DNA from: Haplodiscus bocki
Taxonomy: Eukaryota
NCBI GenBank assembly: GCA_965655095.1
Contig: OZ296649.1
Span: 38,626,001-38,690,000 of the forward strand
Length of the DNA: 64,000 nucleotides
Reading direction: 5' to 3'
Shown: one piece after another, positions 1-12,126 of the stretch
Position numbering within the stretch: position 1 is the stretch's first letter
Layout of the letters: every line of letters begins with the position of its first letter
Made by a program: the position numbers and the translations under genes
The notes under the pieces: generated by a model
Told to the model about the DNA's origin: nothing
Databases searched by the model: none
Seen by the model: only the letters and a program-made list of their open reading frames with translations

Positions 1-3000
1 ATTCAATGATTTTCACGCACACGAAAACAGTACCGTGCTGAGTTGGGCAAAATTTGTGGGCAACAATGGCGACTTGACAAATCCAATGCATTTTTGCATA
101 AAAACAGACTTTATCGAGTCGTACACTAGAGAAAGGATGAACAGAAAGTTGAAATTCTACAAAATGACAAATCTAACTAAGCTTGCCACTCTAATCAAAG
201 AAGTGCCAATGGGTTGCAAAGATACTCTTTGACTCAAACTGATGCTGAAAAATCGCAATTTGAAGTCTCACACTTGAAGAGATTACACGACAACAATGTA
301 ACAACAATTTTTGACTCCTTCGTGCTCCTGTTCTTTTCCATTTGAACGGAAATCAAAAAGAACAAACACAAAATATTCAGTTTTTTCTATGAATACAGAT
401 GATGCACTCAGCCCCATTCAGTTCAAAGGAGTCCAGTTGAACGTTTTTGCGAGTTTTGAGGATCTGCAAACACTCAAGGTTATTCTATGGTATAGAAAAT
501 TCGGTTCGGAATTTTTTCGAGAAACTTGCCTGACAAATTGTTCAGTAGTACGGAAATACTGTGCGGTCTATGAGAGATAACAACTATGATTGCCAGGTCA
601 CGAACATTATTGCTCTGGTCAAAAATTGTTTCGTTGTCCGACACGTTTGTTTTCTTCGACAAAACAGGAAATTTGGGCAGACATTAAACCAGATGCAGTG
701 AACGAGTCAAAAATGTTTATCTTAAGAAAGTCTACAAAATCCGAAACCTGCTTTGAAAAATGGACTGTTTCGGTTACAAAATCACGATTCAAAAAAAATT
801 GTTCAGAACTCTTGCAACACTTGACTTCTATTCCAGTTGTGTTCATGATGAGGCTTTTAAAAAACACAGGAAGAACGTGGATAGGGAAACGTGTCGCAAA
901 AAAAGTATCCATTCCCTCGAACCTTGTGAGGGAGCCATAATCTTTTGCAACTCTTATCTGCATCTCGTTGCTCCACTTATCGAAGCTCTGCAAGTTCCGG
1001 CATCACAGAGCCGAGGGCAATTGAAGACTTCTTTCTATGATATTGAGAGAACGATGAAGAACAACGTGGGCAATATCTTGTAGAAACTCAACAAACGTCA
1101 AAGTCGACAGTAGCATGTCAGAGCAAACGCCATCAATTCTGATGATTGTGAGTACAAAAGTTCTACCTTTACTCAGTCCTAACACATACAAAAGAATCTT
1201 TTTTTTTAGATCTGCAGTAGTCTTTGGAACCTTACTGCAATGTTCTGCCTGTGTGTGTTTTCAACAATGCAAAGTATGTTATAATTTTAACCAATCCCTC
1301 TTTGCTACCCATTCCTGTTAAGGACAAAGACATTGAACGAATTGTTATCAAAAAAGCGACGCAGTTCATCTCTTTCATGTGTGGTGAACTCTTGGAGTTG
1401 AAGAATTTTTCTCCATCGGAGCAGCAAGTTTTGATCCCTTCCTGGAAACATACAAAATTGAAAACACTTCTTTTCACGTACGAATGTTTCGAACACCCCG
1501 GCAAACTCAAAAACACAAAACTTCCCCCGTTTTACGCCTTCTACAGTAAGCTTCGTAGCTGTAATCTTCTCGAAGCCGATTAAAAAAACTATGATAACAT
1601 ATTGAAAAGCGCAATGACCACAAAACCAGCTGTCATCCAATTATAACTATCAAATCTGCAACCTAGTGGAATTGACAACTACCAATATCCGGAAAAAAGT
1701 TGGAAAAGGAACAAGTGAGTTTCAAAAAAAAATTGCACTGGTATGAAAGATGTGGTCCCAACTTTCGAAGCAGTGAAAAAAGCTGACTTTTTGTCACCAT
1801 AGAGAAGTTTGGTTGTACTTTACCAAAGTAGGCCAACTTTTGTCTACACAAATCTACCGATGAAAACTTTTTTCCCATCATGGAAAGAGGTAAAGACCCA
1901 TCTGGAAAAATTTGAGAAACTGTTGTTGATGATCCACCTACTTTTTTCACACGGAAAGCACTTGATGAAACAATTGGTCGAAACCCAGTGATTTTACGGA
2001 AATCAATTGCGGGGACCGAAGCTAGCCAACTTTACACGCACTCGGTGTATCGACCCATGACGACAGAACTTTATACGCGGTGATCTTGAATCAGAAACAG
2101 CTAGAGTCATACCGTGAAGAAACAGAACGCTTAGTTTTGAAAACATGGAGATGTCCTACGTTGAAAGAACGACACCAAATCACATAACCGAAAGTTTGCC
2201 TAGAACAGGCAGACAGAAGGGATATGAATGCTTCAGTATTGATGGATTTTGTTAAAACTGCAACATTGTTTGGAGCAGTGGGTGGATATCACCATTGTTC
2301 CCCGTCAAGGAGAGCGTCCGTCTCTCACTGAAAAAATTCAGCTGGCATTCATTGAGCTCGATGAATTGGGACGACGCCATATACAGGAAAGCTTCACCGT
2401 CGTTGAAATGTGGGAGTGTTAATGGTGGACACTGTACAAGACAACCACTAATCTTAAGCAACGTATCGGAGAAAATTTTCATTACAGAGGTTCACATACA
2501 GGTTACCAACTCCCTGAAATCAAGAACCGAAAATTGTTTCGTTATGTTCAATGCGACAATGAAGTACTTGAAAACTTAGGAATAAACTTTGCTAATTTAC
2601 CTCTGTCCTTGATTTTCCTTTTTTAGCTGGAACGACATAGGCGATCTACTGGAAACTTATGCTGAAGAATTAAGGTCTCAACTTCGTAAAATGTTGATCT
2701 CGTGATTTACGTTTCAAAACAATACACCGGTCACTTCTTTCACTCTATATTGAGGTGTGTCTTGTTGGTACACAAACACCCGAAAAAAGTTTCAACTGCT
2801 TTGTACAGTCAGCAGTAGATGCAAGAAGGCAAAAGGGTGACAATCCTGATTAAAGTATGGTGGCAGAGACAAGGAAGGTGCAAACCACTAACTCCTATGG
2901 CTATCAGAATATGGATCGCAATCGACACAATGATGAAATACCTAGACGGCGAAGAGACCCACACCGCCTCAATTAGTAAACTGTTCAAGAACTATATCAC

Positions 3001-3650
3001 GTGAAGAGAGCATTATATGAAGTTGAAGTCGTGAAAGCAAGTATTGCACACAAAGAACCAATCAAGGTCCTGTTTTTATCCTTCAACACGGAAAATGCAG
3101 ATCTCTGGACTTCTACTAAAACTTCACAAAATTTTGTGATGTAAACAAGCTCGAAGAGGTGAAGATGGGCAGAGAGCTTCGGTATCGTCCTCTTGCTGAG
3201 ACCAAACTAGAAGATTGTAGCCGATTTGGAATGAGAGCACGTGGCAGCGATTGGGAGCAATGGATTGTAATGATAGTTTCTTTGCTGCTCATGTTGGAAG
3301 TTTTTCTCCGGAACTTGCTGTCAGACACAGAAAAAACAGGGCAAGGGAGAGCCTGGTCCATCCAAAGAAGACTTCAGATGTACAGAGATGTTAAGTTTAT
3401 GTAGCATGTTGTTGTTTCTACGTTACCTAAAAAAACGGTAGTAAAAGTCTGAACAAACGTTTACTAGAAGCGAGGCGATGGACCCTTGGAAGAGCATAGC
3501 CGCGTCCGAAGGAAAAAGTTAAACTTTAAGCCAGCAAACAGAGGTTTCCGAACGAACAATCACGCTGTTGCTACATTTGAACACATCATCAAGATAGGAC
3601 TCTCCTTTTTTCAAAGACTTGTAGAGAGTGATGGAAACCAAACGCAAACT
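1..3650 (+). mobile_element. Decayed Polinton/Maverick (adintovirus-like) protein-primed B-family DNA polymerase with an inserted VSR-like nuclease segment
   Basis: Motifs occur in the correct order across frameshifts and stops: ExoI-like LDFYSS (~820); ExoII-like FNNAKY (~1260); FTYECFEHPGKLKNTKLPPFYAFYSKL (~1473-1553); motif A GTEASQLY (~2012-2035, from DxxSLY); VSR-like IDGFC and FTVVEMWEC*WW (~2238-2430); motif B VAETRK..TNSYGYQ (~2859-2907, from KLxxNSxYG); degraded motif C near 3155-3185. Confidence 0.85.
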
Positions 3651-4496
3651 TAATGTGTAAATTTAGTGACAATTGAATCTTGTTTCATCGTTTTTATACT
3701 CTCCAACTTTTTAAACTTTAGGTCAATCTTTTTACTTAGCAAAGTCACAACAGTATTGGCGGCTGTCTGCCGAACGTCTCTGGCTTCCTTCCGCCAGCGC
3801 ATACTTAATTAAACAACTGCAGAAGTATATGTTCCGAACCGTGTTAATTCTCCACCCGGCGGTGGGCATAACGAACAAGATAAAAAAAATCGTGTCTCAC
3901 AGTGCCGGAAAAGTCATTAAACCCAACTCCCTATCTTTTTACATCGCAAAACCCTTTTACGTATAATGATACATTACTGGACTCCTGAACACCATTTCCC
4001 ATCTTAATACATCACTGAAATTTCGCGCATAACAAAAGTAGGCAGCCACTCAATGGAGCACGAAAACCCTAAACCATCGTCAGGCAAACAGAATCGAGTA
4101 TCACTACGCCCAAAAATGACCCGAGAGCTTTCGACTACGGAGGAGGCCCTTTGTTGGTTGGGATGGAGTGGGCCCGCAATAGCCTATTTTAAAACAATGG
4201 GGGCTTATACCCCTTCGCTCTTCTCCTCCCGCCTCTCACCTGATCAGCTCCGACATATACTGTTTGTAGAATTCCTATTTTTTGCATTTGTCGAAAGATA
4301 AAAGTTTCATCGATTCATTTTACTTTTCCTCCGAGACCACCAAGTGTGCTCCGAAGACCTAATGAATGCTGCGTTGTCCTGTACTCGACCTAGGACTGAA
4401 ACTCTGGGTGCATCCTAGAGATATACGGCGGGTTTTAGTTTAGTGTTTATTGTTTGGTGAATAATGGTTTTGAGAAATTTCGAAAACTTTCCACTT

Positions 4497-4572
4497 TTCG
4501 TTCACCTAGGCTCGAACCGTGGCCTTGTAGAAAACCATTCCATCCCCTAGGCCTCGCTAGTTAACTGAGGTA
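4497..4572 (-). mobile_element. Possible tRNA-derived SINE head (Pol III A/B boxes)
   Basis: Minus strand has a B-box GGTTCGAGCC (4518-4509) and an A-box-like TACCTCAGTTAAC about 50 nt upstream. It does not fold as a full cloverleaf. Confidence 0.3.
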
Positions 4573-5485
4573 TCGATGATGTTTGAATAATCTGTACTAC
4601 GAAATGAGTTCGTATGTAGGTCCTCCATTATCAGAATTAAAATTAGCTTTTGTGGACTTTGGCCAGCTGTCAAAGTCGTCATGAAGTTAAAGTGCGGGTT
4701 CGCAGAGTACTAATAATGTAGAATGGAACAGCAGACCTACAACTAGTTGAAGCATTTGCAATTCGAATATTAAACTATCATCTTGCATGCAGTACGAAAC
4801 TGTGCGGTAACCCCTTCCTCTATGTATGCTACCGTTCTCGCTCCCGCATAAATAAGGGCGGAAAACAGAAACCCAAAAGAATTTCTACAGCGCAGCCCAG
4901 ATTAAATTACTTCACCAAGGAAAAAACGATATCATGAAAAATTAAAACCCTAAAATAGAAAAATTAAGAATGCTGAATGAAACTTCCAAAAAAACCAAGA
5001 GAAGGCGAGAAAGCACCTTTAAGCACCATCATTATACAGGTAACAATAGGAAACTGATCAACAGTAAATGAATAGCAGAAGTAATCGTCAGAAAAAAGAT
5101 GCACATTTGATAAATTAGAACATGATTGTTCGAGTATACACAAAATAAATACAAAGAAATTTGAGCTTGAGATACCTCGACGAAATTTCGGCAAATCACG
5201 TTATGGTGACAAAATAATGAACAGCAAGATATTAGAACTTATATACCGAGATCATATGTTCTGAGGGCAGCAGCGCAAAACTTTTGACAAAATCATCTAT
5301 ACCTGTTCTCGCAACATAATGGGTAATGAATCAAAAGAGCCAGTAAAATTTCATATTATTTCTCTGCAATCCAACCATTCGAGCCAAAAATGAAATGAAT
5401 CATCTTTTGTTCGATCAGATCCGAATGAATCCTACAGACATCAAGATTTGCTGAGAACAGGTTACACTAGAAATGGCATATATTT

Positions 5486-5963
5486 TCACTGCAATTTGCT
5501 CCATGTTATTTTCTGGAAAGCAATTGTTTCACCATTGCTTTTATCTTTTAAAGCATGTTCAGCCATCAGTGTGTTTGGATCCGTTTTGTAGTACAAGATT
5601 TCAATCCTCTGATTCGGTGAGATTGTCTTGAGATCCGTCAGTGATAGACTGTACATCAAAAACTAAAGTGGAGTCTTTGCATCTCACTTGCGCTATCCCA
5701 TAAAGGCTAGGTGTGAGACGAAGGTAGAAACCAGTTCCGTCTGTTCTGAATTTATAGATGTCATCAAACTGAAATGGCCCAACTTTCATAGTTCCGTGAA
5801 AAGTGTATTCACAGCTTTCGCTGTCGCGCGACAAAGTCATATAAGGCATTGGAGCAGCAGGAATAAGTTTGAGCAGTAATGAGTTGATGTGAAGATGGCG
5901 ACAATACTCAACTGCATTGTCCATTTTAGTACAGCGGTACTCGCCAACAAGATCACAATCCAT
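5486..5963 (-). CDS. Divergent fatty-acid-binding protein (FABP/calycin)-like protein, about 158 aa, interrupted by a 1-nt frameshift near 5645
   Basis: ATG at 5963 follows a 3' splice-like site (CTCCCTTTATCTCAG). The N-terminus MDCDLVGEYRCTKMDNAVEYCRHLHINSLLLKL..PYMTLS matches the FABP pattern GxY/W....N..EY...L.....L.K....P...I. QVRCKDSTLVFDVQ resembles FABP beta-strands. The shifted frame continues RIEILYYKTDPNTLMAEHALKDKSNGETIAFQKITWSKLQ* to TGA at 5488-5486. Confidence 0.6.
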
Positions 5964-6818
5964 ATCTGAGATAAAGGGAGACACTACATATATTAAAATC
6001 GAAATAACATAAAATCTTCGTGCATTTAATTGTTTCTAAAATTATATCTGTAATGTACTATAGGTAAAGAAAGCGAATCGTCTCAATGAAATGAAAAGAC
6101 AGAATGAAACAAAGCTTTTTATACGACAGTTAAATAAAATAGTATTTAGGAAGAATCCACAGTATAGGAAACCTAAGATAATTTTAAAAAATAATCGGAT
6201 TTAGAAAAGGCCAAATCATCTAATTTACGACCGGTGATGAAAAAATATTTACGTGACAAACCAAAAAACCGGGCTTTCGAGTTTGGTAGCCTTCGCAAAG
6301 CCACTACGGGTTTTGACAGAGAAGATTTCGGCGGACCACGTGAAGAGACTATAACTATTGTCCGATAAAGGCGAGTTTTGCCAAAAAATCATAAAGTTAA
6401 TGGCTTTACACGTGTATTGAGAAATCGGCTATTTGTTTCGTTGCCTTGAACCCTACGTCTATTAATCTCTACCTTCATCCTCATTCTTAATCTCGAAACG
6501 AAACATTTAAAAATTTGAAACCTCGCAAAATATTTTCACCCTAGTTCCAACGAACGCCATCATCTCCAGCAAGCGAAAGAAATTTGGCTGTTTGACCGGT
6601 ATTCCCAAAAATGATTTAGGCGTGTCTAGACGGATATTTTCAGCCAGAAAACCTTTTTTGTATTTTCCAAAATTTCAATTTTTTGGACTTTGAGCGAAAA
6701 AAGTTTTTGGTTAGTGTTCTCAACGTGTCCAGAGGATCATTTTGCGAAAACATTTGAAAAAAAATGAATTATAATTTTTTCGGACTTTGAGCGACAAATT
6801 TTCGGCTGGTGTTTTCAA

Positions 6819-7816
6819 GGGAAAGCAAGAAACAACATCTTGGGGAACAAGATCTAATTGGCAAACACGATTAAGATCTAATGGAATATGCTCTAAAGGA
6901 AATTACTTCGAGAATTAGATCTAAGGAAATAAGTTCTGATGGATTAACATCTAATGTATTAATATCTGAGACAATCAGAGCTCGTACCTCTCAAAAAACG
7001 ACATTAACGGCCAAAATCAATCATCTCACAAAATTGCTTGTGGGCTATGAATTCATTTCAAAAGGTCATACAATAATGCAAAAATAAAACAAAATCATCA
7101 AAATGAAGCAGAATGAGAAAAACATGAAAAAGCTTATGCTAAATAGTCAAAAGCATTCCTTAGGTTATTGTCAATCGAAAATTTGATCTATGGCAAGAAA
7201 CAAGGCATCATACAGTTGTAACTTGGATGTCATAAAAGCAATGAACACAGGAGCTAACGTGTAAAAAAAAACAGGATGCATGGTAGAAACTTGATGAAAC
7301 TTTTTGCCACAAGTTTGAAAGCCCGTTTCAGATTCAGCAAATGTTGAATATTGGAATCCATGGCGGCATGACTATAATAAATGTGGAAGGTGAATCTGTT
7401 TTATTTTCACTTTCTACTTTTCTTGACGTCGAACAATTATGGTTCATGCTGTTATTTATTATTCAGATAAAAGTGGTTGTCTTGAGTGAAAGCCTAGAAC
7501 TTTCAGTCATCTCCCAATCGATTGCTCCTTATCGTTTTTGGAGCATCGGAATTTATTGTAAAAATGTAACAATCATCGCCAAAACTGACTGAAGCTTTAA
7601 GTTTGCCCTTTCGAAATTTGAAATTGTTAACTGAAAAAACACACAATTCTCGATGTTTAAGAATACTTTAGGTATTGTTCCATTCAGCATCTTATTCGAT
7701 TAGATCTTAGTCCACTTTTCATCTTAATCAACCAATATGCAACTGAGCCAGTCGAAATTTTTGGATCTTAATAATAATAATAATAATAATAATATTCTTT
7801 AAATCTTATTCCACCC
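6819..7816. mobile_element. Putative non-autonomous DNA transposon insertion (GGG...CCC ends, TCAA duplication)
   Basis: TCAA flanks both sides (6815-6818, 7817-7820). Both ends are rich in AGATCT(A/T)A motifs. The insertion appears to split an older repeat. The TIR similarity is weak. Confidence 0.35.
7769..7793. repeat. (TAA)n microsatellite
   Basis: About 8 perfect TAA units. Confidence 0.95.
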
Positions 7817-8754
7817 TCAACTTTTCAAGACTACATTCTGAGTCTCCAGAAGAACATCTTGGGGTTTTAGAAAGAATTCGAAAACTGAACCTGTTCACGA
7901 GGAAGGGGCAAATCACCGGAGATTAAATTTCCAAACTGAGGGAAAGATTTTTTTTCTGATAAACATTACGACAGAGAAAATACATTACGAAGGAAAAAAG
8001 TAGACGAAAAAACTCCTCGTACAAAACTCACGCGAAGACACATTTAACTTTTCAGTATGAATTCTCATTTTACCCCTGGAAACAAATCTCAAAATTGTGA
8101 AACCTCAAACTTTCGTAATTTTCAAATCATTAGATGGACGAAATAAAGTTTGCCCCAGTCCACTTTTGTCATACATGAACTGTGAAAAGTATCGGATGGA
8201 AAGAACTTCAAGAAAATTCGCCAATAGCGAAAATGTTTCCAAAATTTCTTTATTCAGTGCGCCAGAAGTAATGTTGCTACTACTGAGACTTCGTTGATCA
8301 ATTCCCAAGACTTTAAAATCAAAAATTTGTATTGTAATGATACCAAACAAGGTTTTAGAGCAGTAAACAAACTGTGATGAAAACCAATGAGCGTGGAGTT
8401 TTGTTGTTTTTGATGAGGATTCTCAGCATTTGCTGATGGGATGTCTCCCATTAGTCTTTTAACCAACTTTGTTCCATCTTCCTGCATTGTCCACAGTCGC
8501 AAACCCAAACCATGTGAGTTATTTTCGTCGAACTGGTTATTAAAATTCACCATTTCGCAGAGAAGTCTGTCTTTAAGACCAGTTGCGTTGCCGATCTCAA
8601 AACAATTATTGGTTTTGCTCTTAATTCTGCAACTTCTGAAGAAATTTCAGACTTTGTCAGTCCGGTGATTTTTGATTTGATATTCCATGGGTCTGCCTGC
8701 GCTACAAATCGTTTTGGTATGTATGTTCAGAAGGATCCCAAAGTTTCTTCTAGC

Positions 8755-9243
8755 GGCTACAGGTCACTTGCTATAATTATAGCTGTTCACTTGCTATAAT
8801 ATAGATTATAGCAAGTGACCAATATCTTTATAGCAAGCGACCAATAATTTTATAGAAAGTGACCAAATTTTAGAGCAAATATAACATCAAAATATGTCAA
8901 AATTCCATACTAACCCTAACCCTAACCCTAATCGTAACCCTTCGAACATATTCATAACACGACTGATTTCGCCTACAAATAATACCACAACATGCAATAT
9001 GTCAATGCAATTCCGAGAGAAAGAAACCCCGGGAGTCGCAGAGACAATAGCGCAGCCACAAGTGTTTGAATGTACATTTTAACGTTCATAACGAAATTTT
9101 TAAATATTGGTCAGTTGCTATAAAATAAATAGTCACTAGCTATAATATAGGTCACTTGCTATAATAAAATTCTAGCAAGTGACTTGCTATATTATAGGAT
9201 CCATTTTGGTCATTTGCTATATTATAGCAATTGACCTGCTCCC
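8755..9243 (+). mobile_element. MITE copy 1 (8-bp TSD, GG termini, internal telomere-like repeats; Merlin-like by end structure)
   Basis: Termini GGCTACAGGTCACTTGCTATAAT ... ATTATAGCAATTGACCTGCTCCC. TSD CTTCTAGC at 8747-8754 and 9244-9251. Many subterminal GGTCACTTGCTATA repeats. (TAACCC)n at 8911-8940. A near-identical inverted copy lies at 54782-55325. Confidence 0.9.
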
Positions 9244-9689
9244 CTTCTAGCGACTGAGGAGAAAAGCAAGTCGTTAGTCTGCACAAACAATGGTAGCGGT
9301 AAAATGTTCAGTAGTCTCAAACAGTTCGCGTAACTAGTCTGCTTGCCCATTTTCAATCCCACAGGTTTCTTTTGGAGCCTCACCAGAGTATTCGTGGTGC
9401 TTTTCGATAGTTTGGCTCTGAAAAGTCAGTAAATGGCAACTGGAAGCAGTAGAGTTAGAGGCTCCGTTTGATGTTGGTTTTAACATTGTAGGCGATGTTT
9501 CGCCTGAGAAACAAAAAAACAGTACAGGCTGTTTTTGACCTTTCGCTACCGAATGGATCAGTTGAGTTCTTTTTATACAAAGATACTCAAGTCTTTCACG
9601 TTTTCTGGGCCCTCGAAACTGATAATACCGAAAATATATTCCATGTAATTATATTCCATATTTATATTCCATGAAATGAAGTTTGTAGC

Positions 9690-10930
9690 GTTTGTCAGAT
9701 GCTGAAGTCATCCCAATTTTGTTAACCCAAATCGAGATAGCACTCAAGTACGATTGTATCTTTTCTTTTGTCTTTTCAAAAGCTAGGATTTTCAATTCAA
9801 CCGCAAAACCGTCGGCATCAAAAGATTACAGTGACTCTGGGAGGTTGCTTACTAGAACACAGAAGAGCAAGGAGCCCACAGGAGAATATTGGAGCTTTCC
9901 AATTATGGTTTCAAAAGCGTCAGAGACAGTATTTTCAACTCTAGCGTGCTGGGTTCTTTAATCCAAGTGGTCAAAAAGAATATCAATTAAGCAATCTCCA
10001 ACACCAATTGCACTCACTTTCTTTAACAGCTCATAATGTGGTACACAGTCAAACGATTTCGCATAATCGGTGCCAAAAGCAACTGCTGTATCACTGGAGT
10101 TTTTGTCCAAAGCTTCGAGTGCGTCTCCCAAACTTCAATATTTTTGTTGGAACTGACTTTCCACGGACAAGTCTGTGCTGGTTCCTGGAAGAAAAGCAGA
10201 GAAATGAAAATAGAACGGACAATACAAGGACTTCTGGAACACTTTGCTGTCAATAATTGAAAGTGACACTGGTCTGTAATTGTTTACTGGTTGCTTGTCT
10301 CCTCTCTTGTAGACAGGCAGGACAGGAGCCCTTTTTCAAGCACCTGGAAGTTTATATAGTCGTTAAACTTTCTTGAAAAGTTTGTTTAAAGAGTTACTCC
10401 TTTCTAGAGCAGTTTCTTTGAAAAAAACTGGGATGATTGTTTACACCTCTTTATTTGGTGATGAGTAGTAAATTGGTCGAGATACTTCGAAAATAGGCTT
10501 TTGAAAAGCCAATTTCTGTCAAAACAGATCATTCATTTCGAAAGTCACTCAATGTGTATGTTTTTTATGGGAGATAAACCGAGTGGAGGAACTCAGTTAA
10601 GAAGCGAGCTGCATTATTGTCGAATGACTGGTCTGATTATCTGTGTACGTTACCTTAAGAATGCAGTTCGTTTTGTTGAGAAATTTCCAAAGCCTGAGAT
10701 TTTTTTTCGGTAATGTGTGAGCTTCGCAGGTTTTCTTGGTGACTCAAGTGATCTATTTCACAGACCTTTACTACCACCTTTTCTAGTTCAGAAACTTAGT
10801 TGCTTCGGTATGCAGTGAGTTTTTCTCAAAACAGTTTTTTCTGAGTTTTCAGTTTGTTAATCAGAGTTCATATAGTTGGTGTTATCCATGACGGCACTTT
10901 CTGTCGATTTGTTGTTCTCAGTGGGACACA
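9690..10930 (-). mobile_element. Decayed CR1-group LINE reverse transcriptase fragment
   Basis: Minus-strand DYAKSFDCVPHYELLKKV (from DFxKAFDxVPH), RTQHARVENTVS, GKLQYSPVGSLLFCVLVSNLP (from GVPQGSVLGPLLF..YINDLP) and FAVELKI (from FADDxKI). Confidence 0.75.
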
Positions 10931-11630
10931 CTCTTGTACTGAAGTTTCAGTGTCTTGACACTTGAAAAGCCGCTAGCATTCCGGTTCAACGCCATTAACC
11001 TTCTTAATACCGTTAATACTAGAAAAAACCGCGCGTCTATTAAAAATCTCCTCCTTTTGTCATGAAGGTTTAAAAAGTTCTTGCCAAAAGTTTTGCAGTC
11101 GTGAAGACAACTTTTTTCAGGGCGTCATGGACTGTGATGAAAAACATGCTGTAGTAGAGGATCCAGCATTTTTGTTGTGATGGTTATATGTATTCGAAAG
11201 TAGTGAAAACTTTTTGGTTGACTCTGATCTTTTGCTTTATTTTACAGTTTTTTCGACTTCACTTTATATTCCCGTACTCGGAGGCTTTAAAGTTATTCTT
11301 TTAGATTTATTTTCCACAAATTGACTATTCAGAGCGTAGAAATGGAAAAAAACTATTCAACGCGCCAAAATTGAAATAGGCCATTCATTGGACCGATGTT
11401 TTGTGGACTAATCATTGCGGTAAACCTTTTCAAAGTAAACTTTCTGCCGAAAAATATCAAAGTCTTCGAAGCGTCGTTATTTTTTTCGAAAAATTGAATG
11501 AAGTACTGTTTGCAAACTTCTTTAGGTTTGACGCTAGCTGCTTTATTTATTTCGAAACATCAAATTCTTTTCGGTAACCTCAAGCAATTGTAGATCCGAA
11601 ATAATTTTCAATTGTCATTGAAGTTTTTTA

Positions 11631-12022
11631 TGGTACCCCCGCCGATTGCACTTTCCTCTCAACCAACCCAACCCTCAATTTTTCTTCAGCCTCTTTTCCA
11701 CAGTTTTGTAGAAAGAACGGGGGGAAGGTTGCAGTGGAGAAAGAATGGGGGAGTGAGGAATCAAAGAAGGAATAATCGAGATCTCTACTCCCCTCCCAAC
11801 TCTTTTCTTGATCCACTCCAAAAAATTTTGCAAAGAAACCCAGAAAAAGATCAAAATAATTATATATCCTGCAACCATTTGTTTTTTCTATCCCCCCTCA
11901 AATACATTTGGGTGAACTGGAGAAGTGGGACCAAGCTAATTTTTTTTTTATTTTATTATTTTGACGTTGATTCAATTTTTGGATCCTTTTTTCAGCATCC
12001 TAATAATTCGCATACCCATTTT

Positions 12023-12076
<54 letters not shown>

Positions 12077-12126
12077 GGGGGTGGGGGGAAGGAAAAAGAT
12101 CATAAAATCAGTGGGCGGTAGTATCA
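11631..12126. mobile_element. Possible MITE with imperfect 15-bp TIRs containing a (GT)n tract
   Basis: Left end TGGTACCCCCGCCGA versus reverse complement of the right end TGATACTACCGCCCA (11/15 match). No clear TSD. Confidence 0.3.
12024..12075. repeat. (GT)n microsatellite
   Basis: About 26 perfect GT units. Confidence 0.97.

Noticed and set aside
4497-4572. Functional tRNA gene
   Set aside because: A B-box is present but there is no acceptor or anticodon stem pairing.
8911-8940. TAACCC/TTAGGG tracts (also ~55123-55153) as a telomere or fusion scar
   Set aside because: Only about 5 units, at the same internal position of both MITE copies, so they are carried by the element.
8755-9243. 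Regularly spaced GGTCACTTGCTATA repeats as a CRISPR-like array
   Set aside because: Repeats are short, in both orientations, with tiny irregular spacers, bounded by TIRs and TSDs, in eukaryotic DNA with no cas genes.
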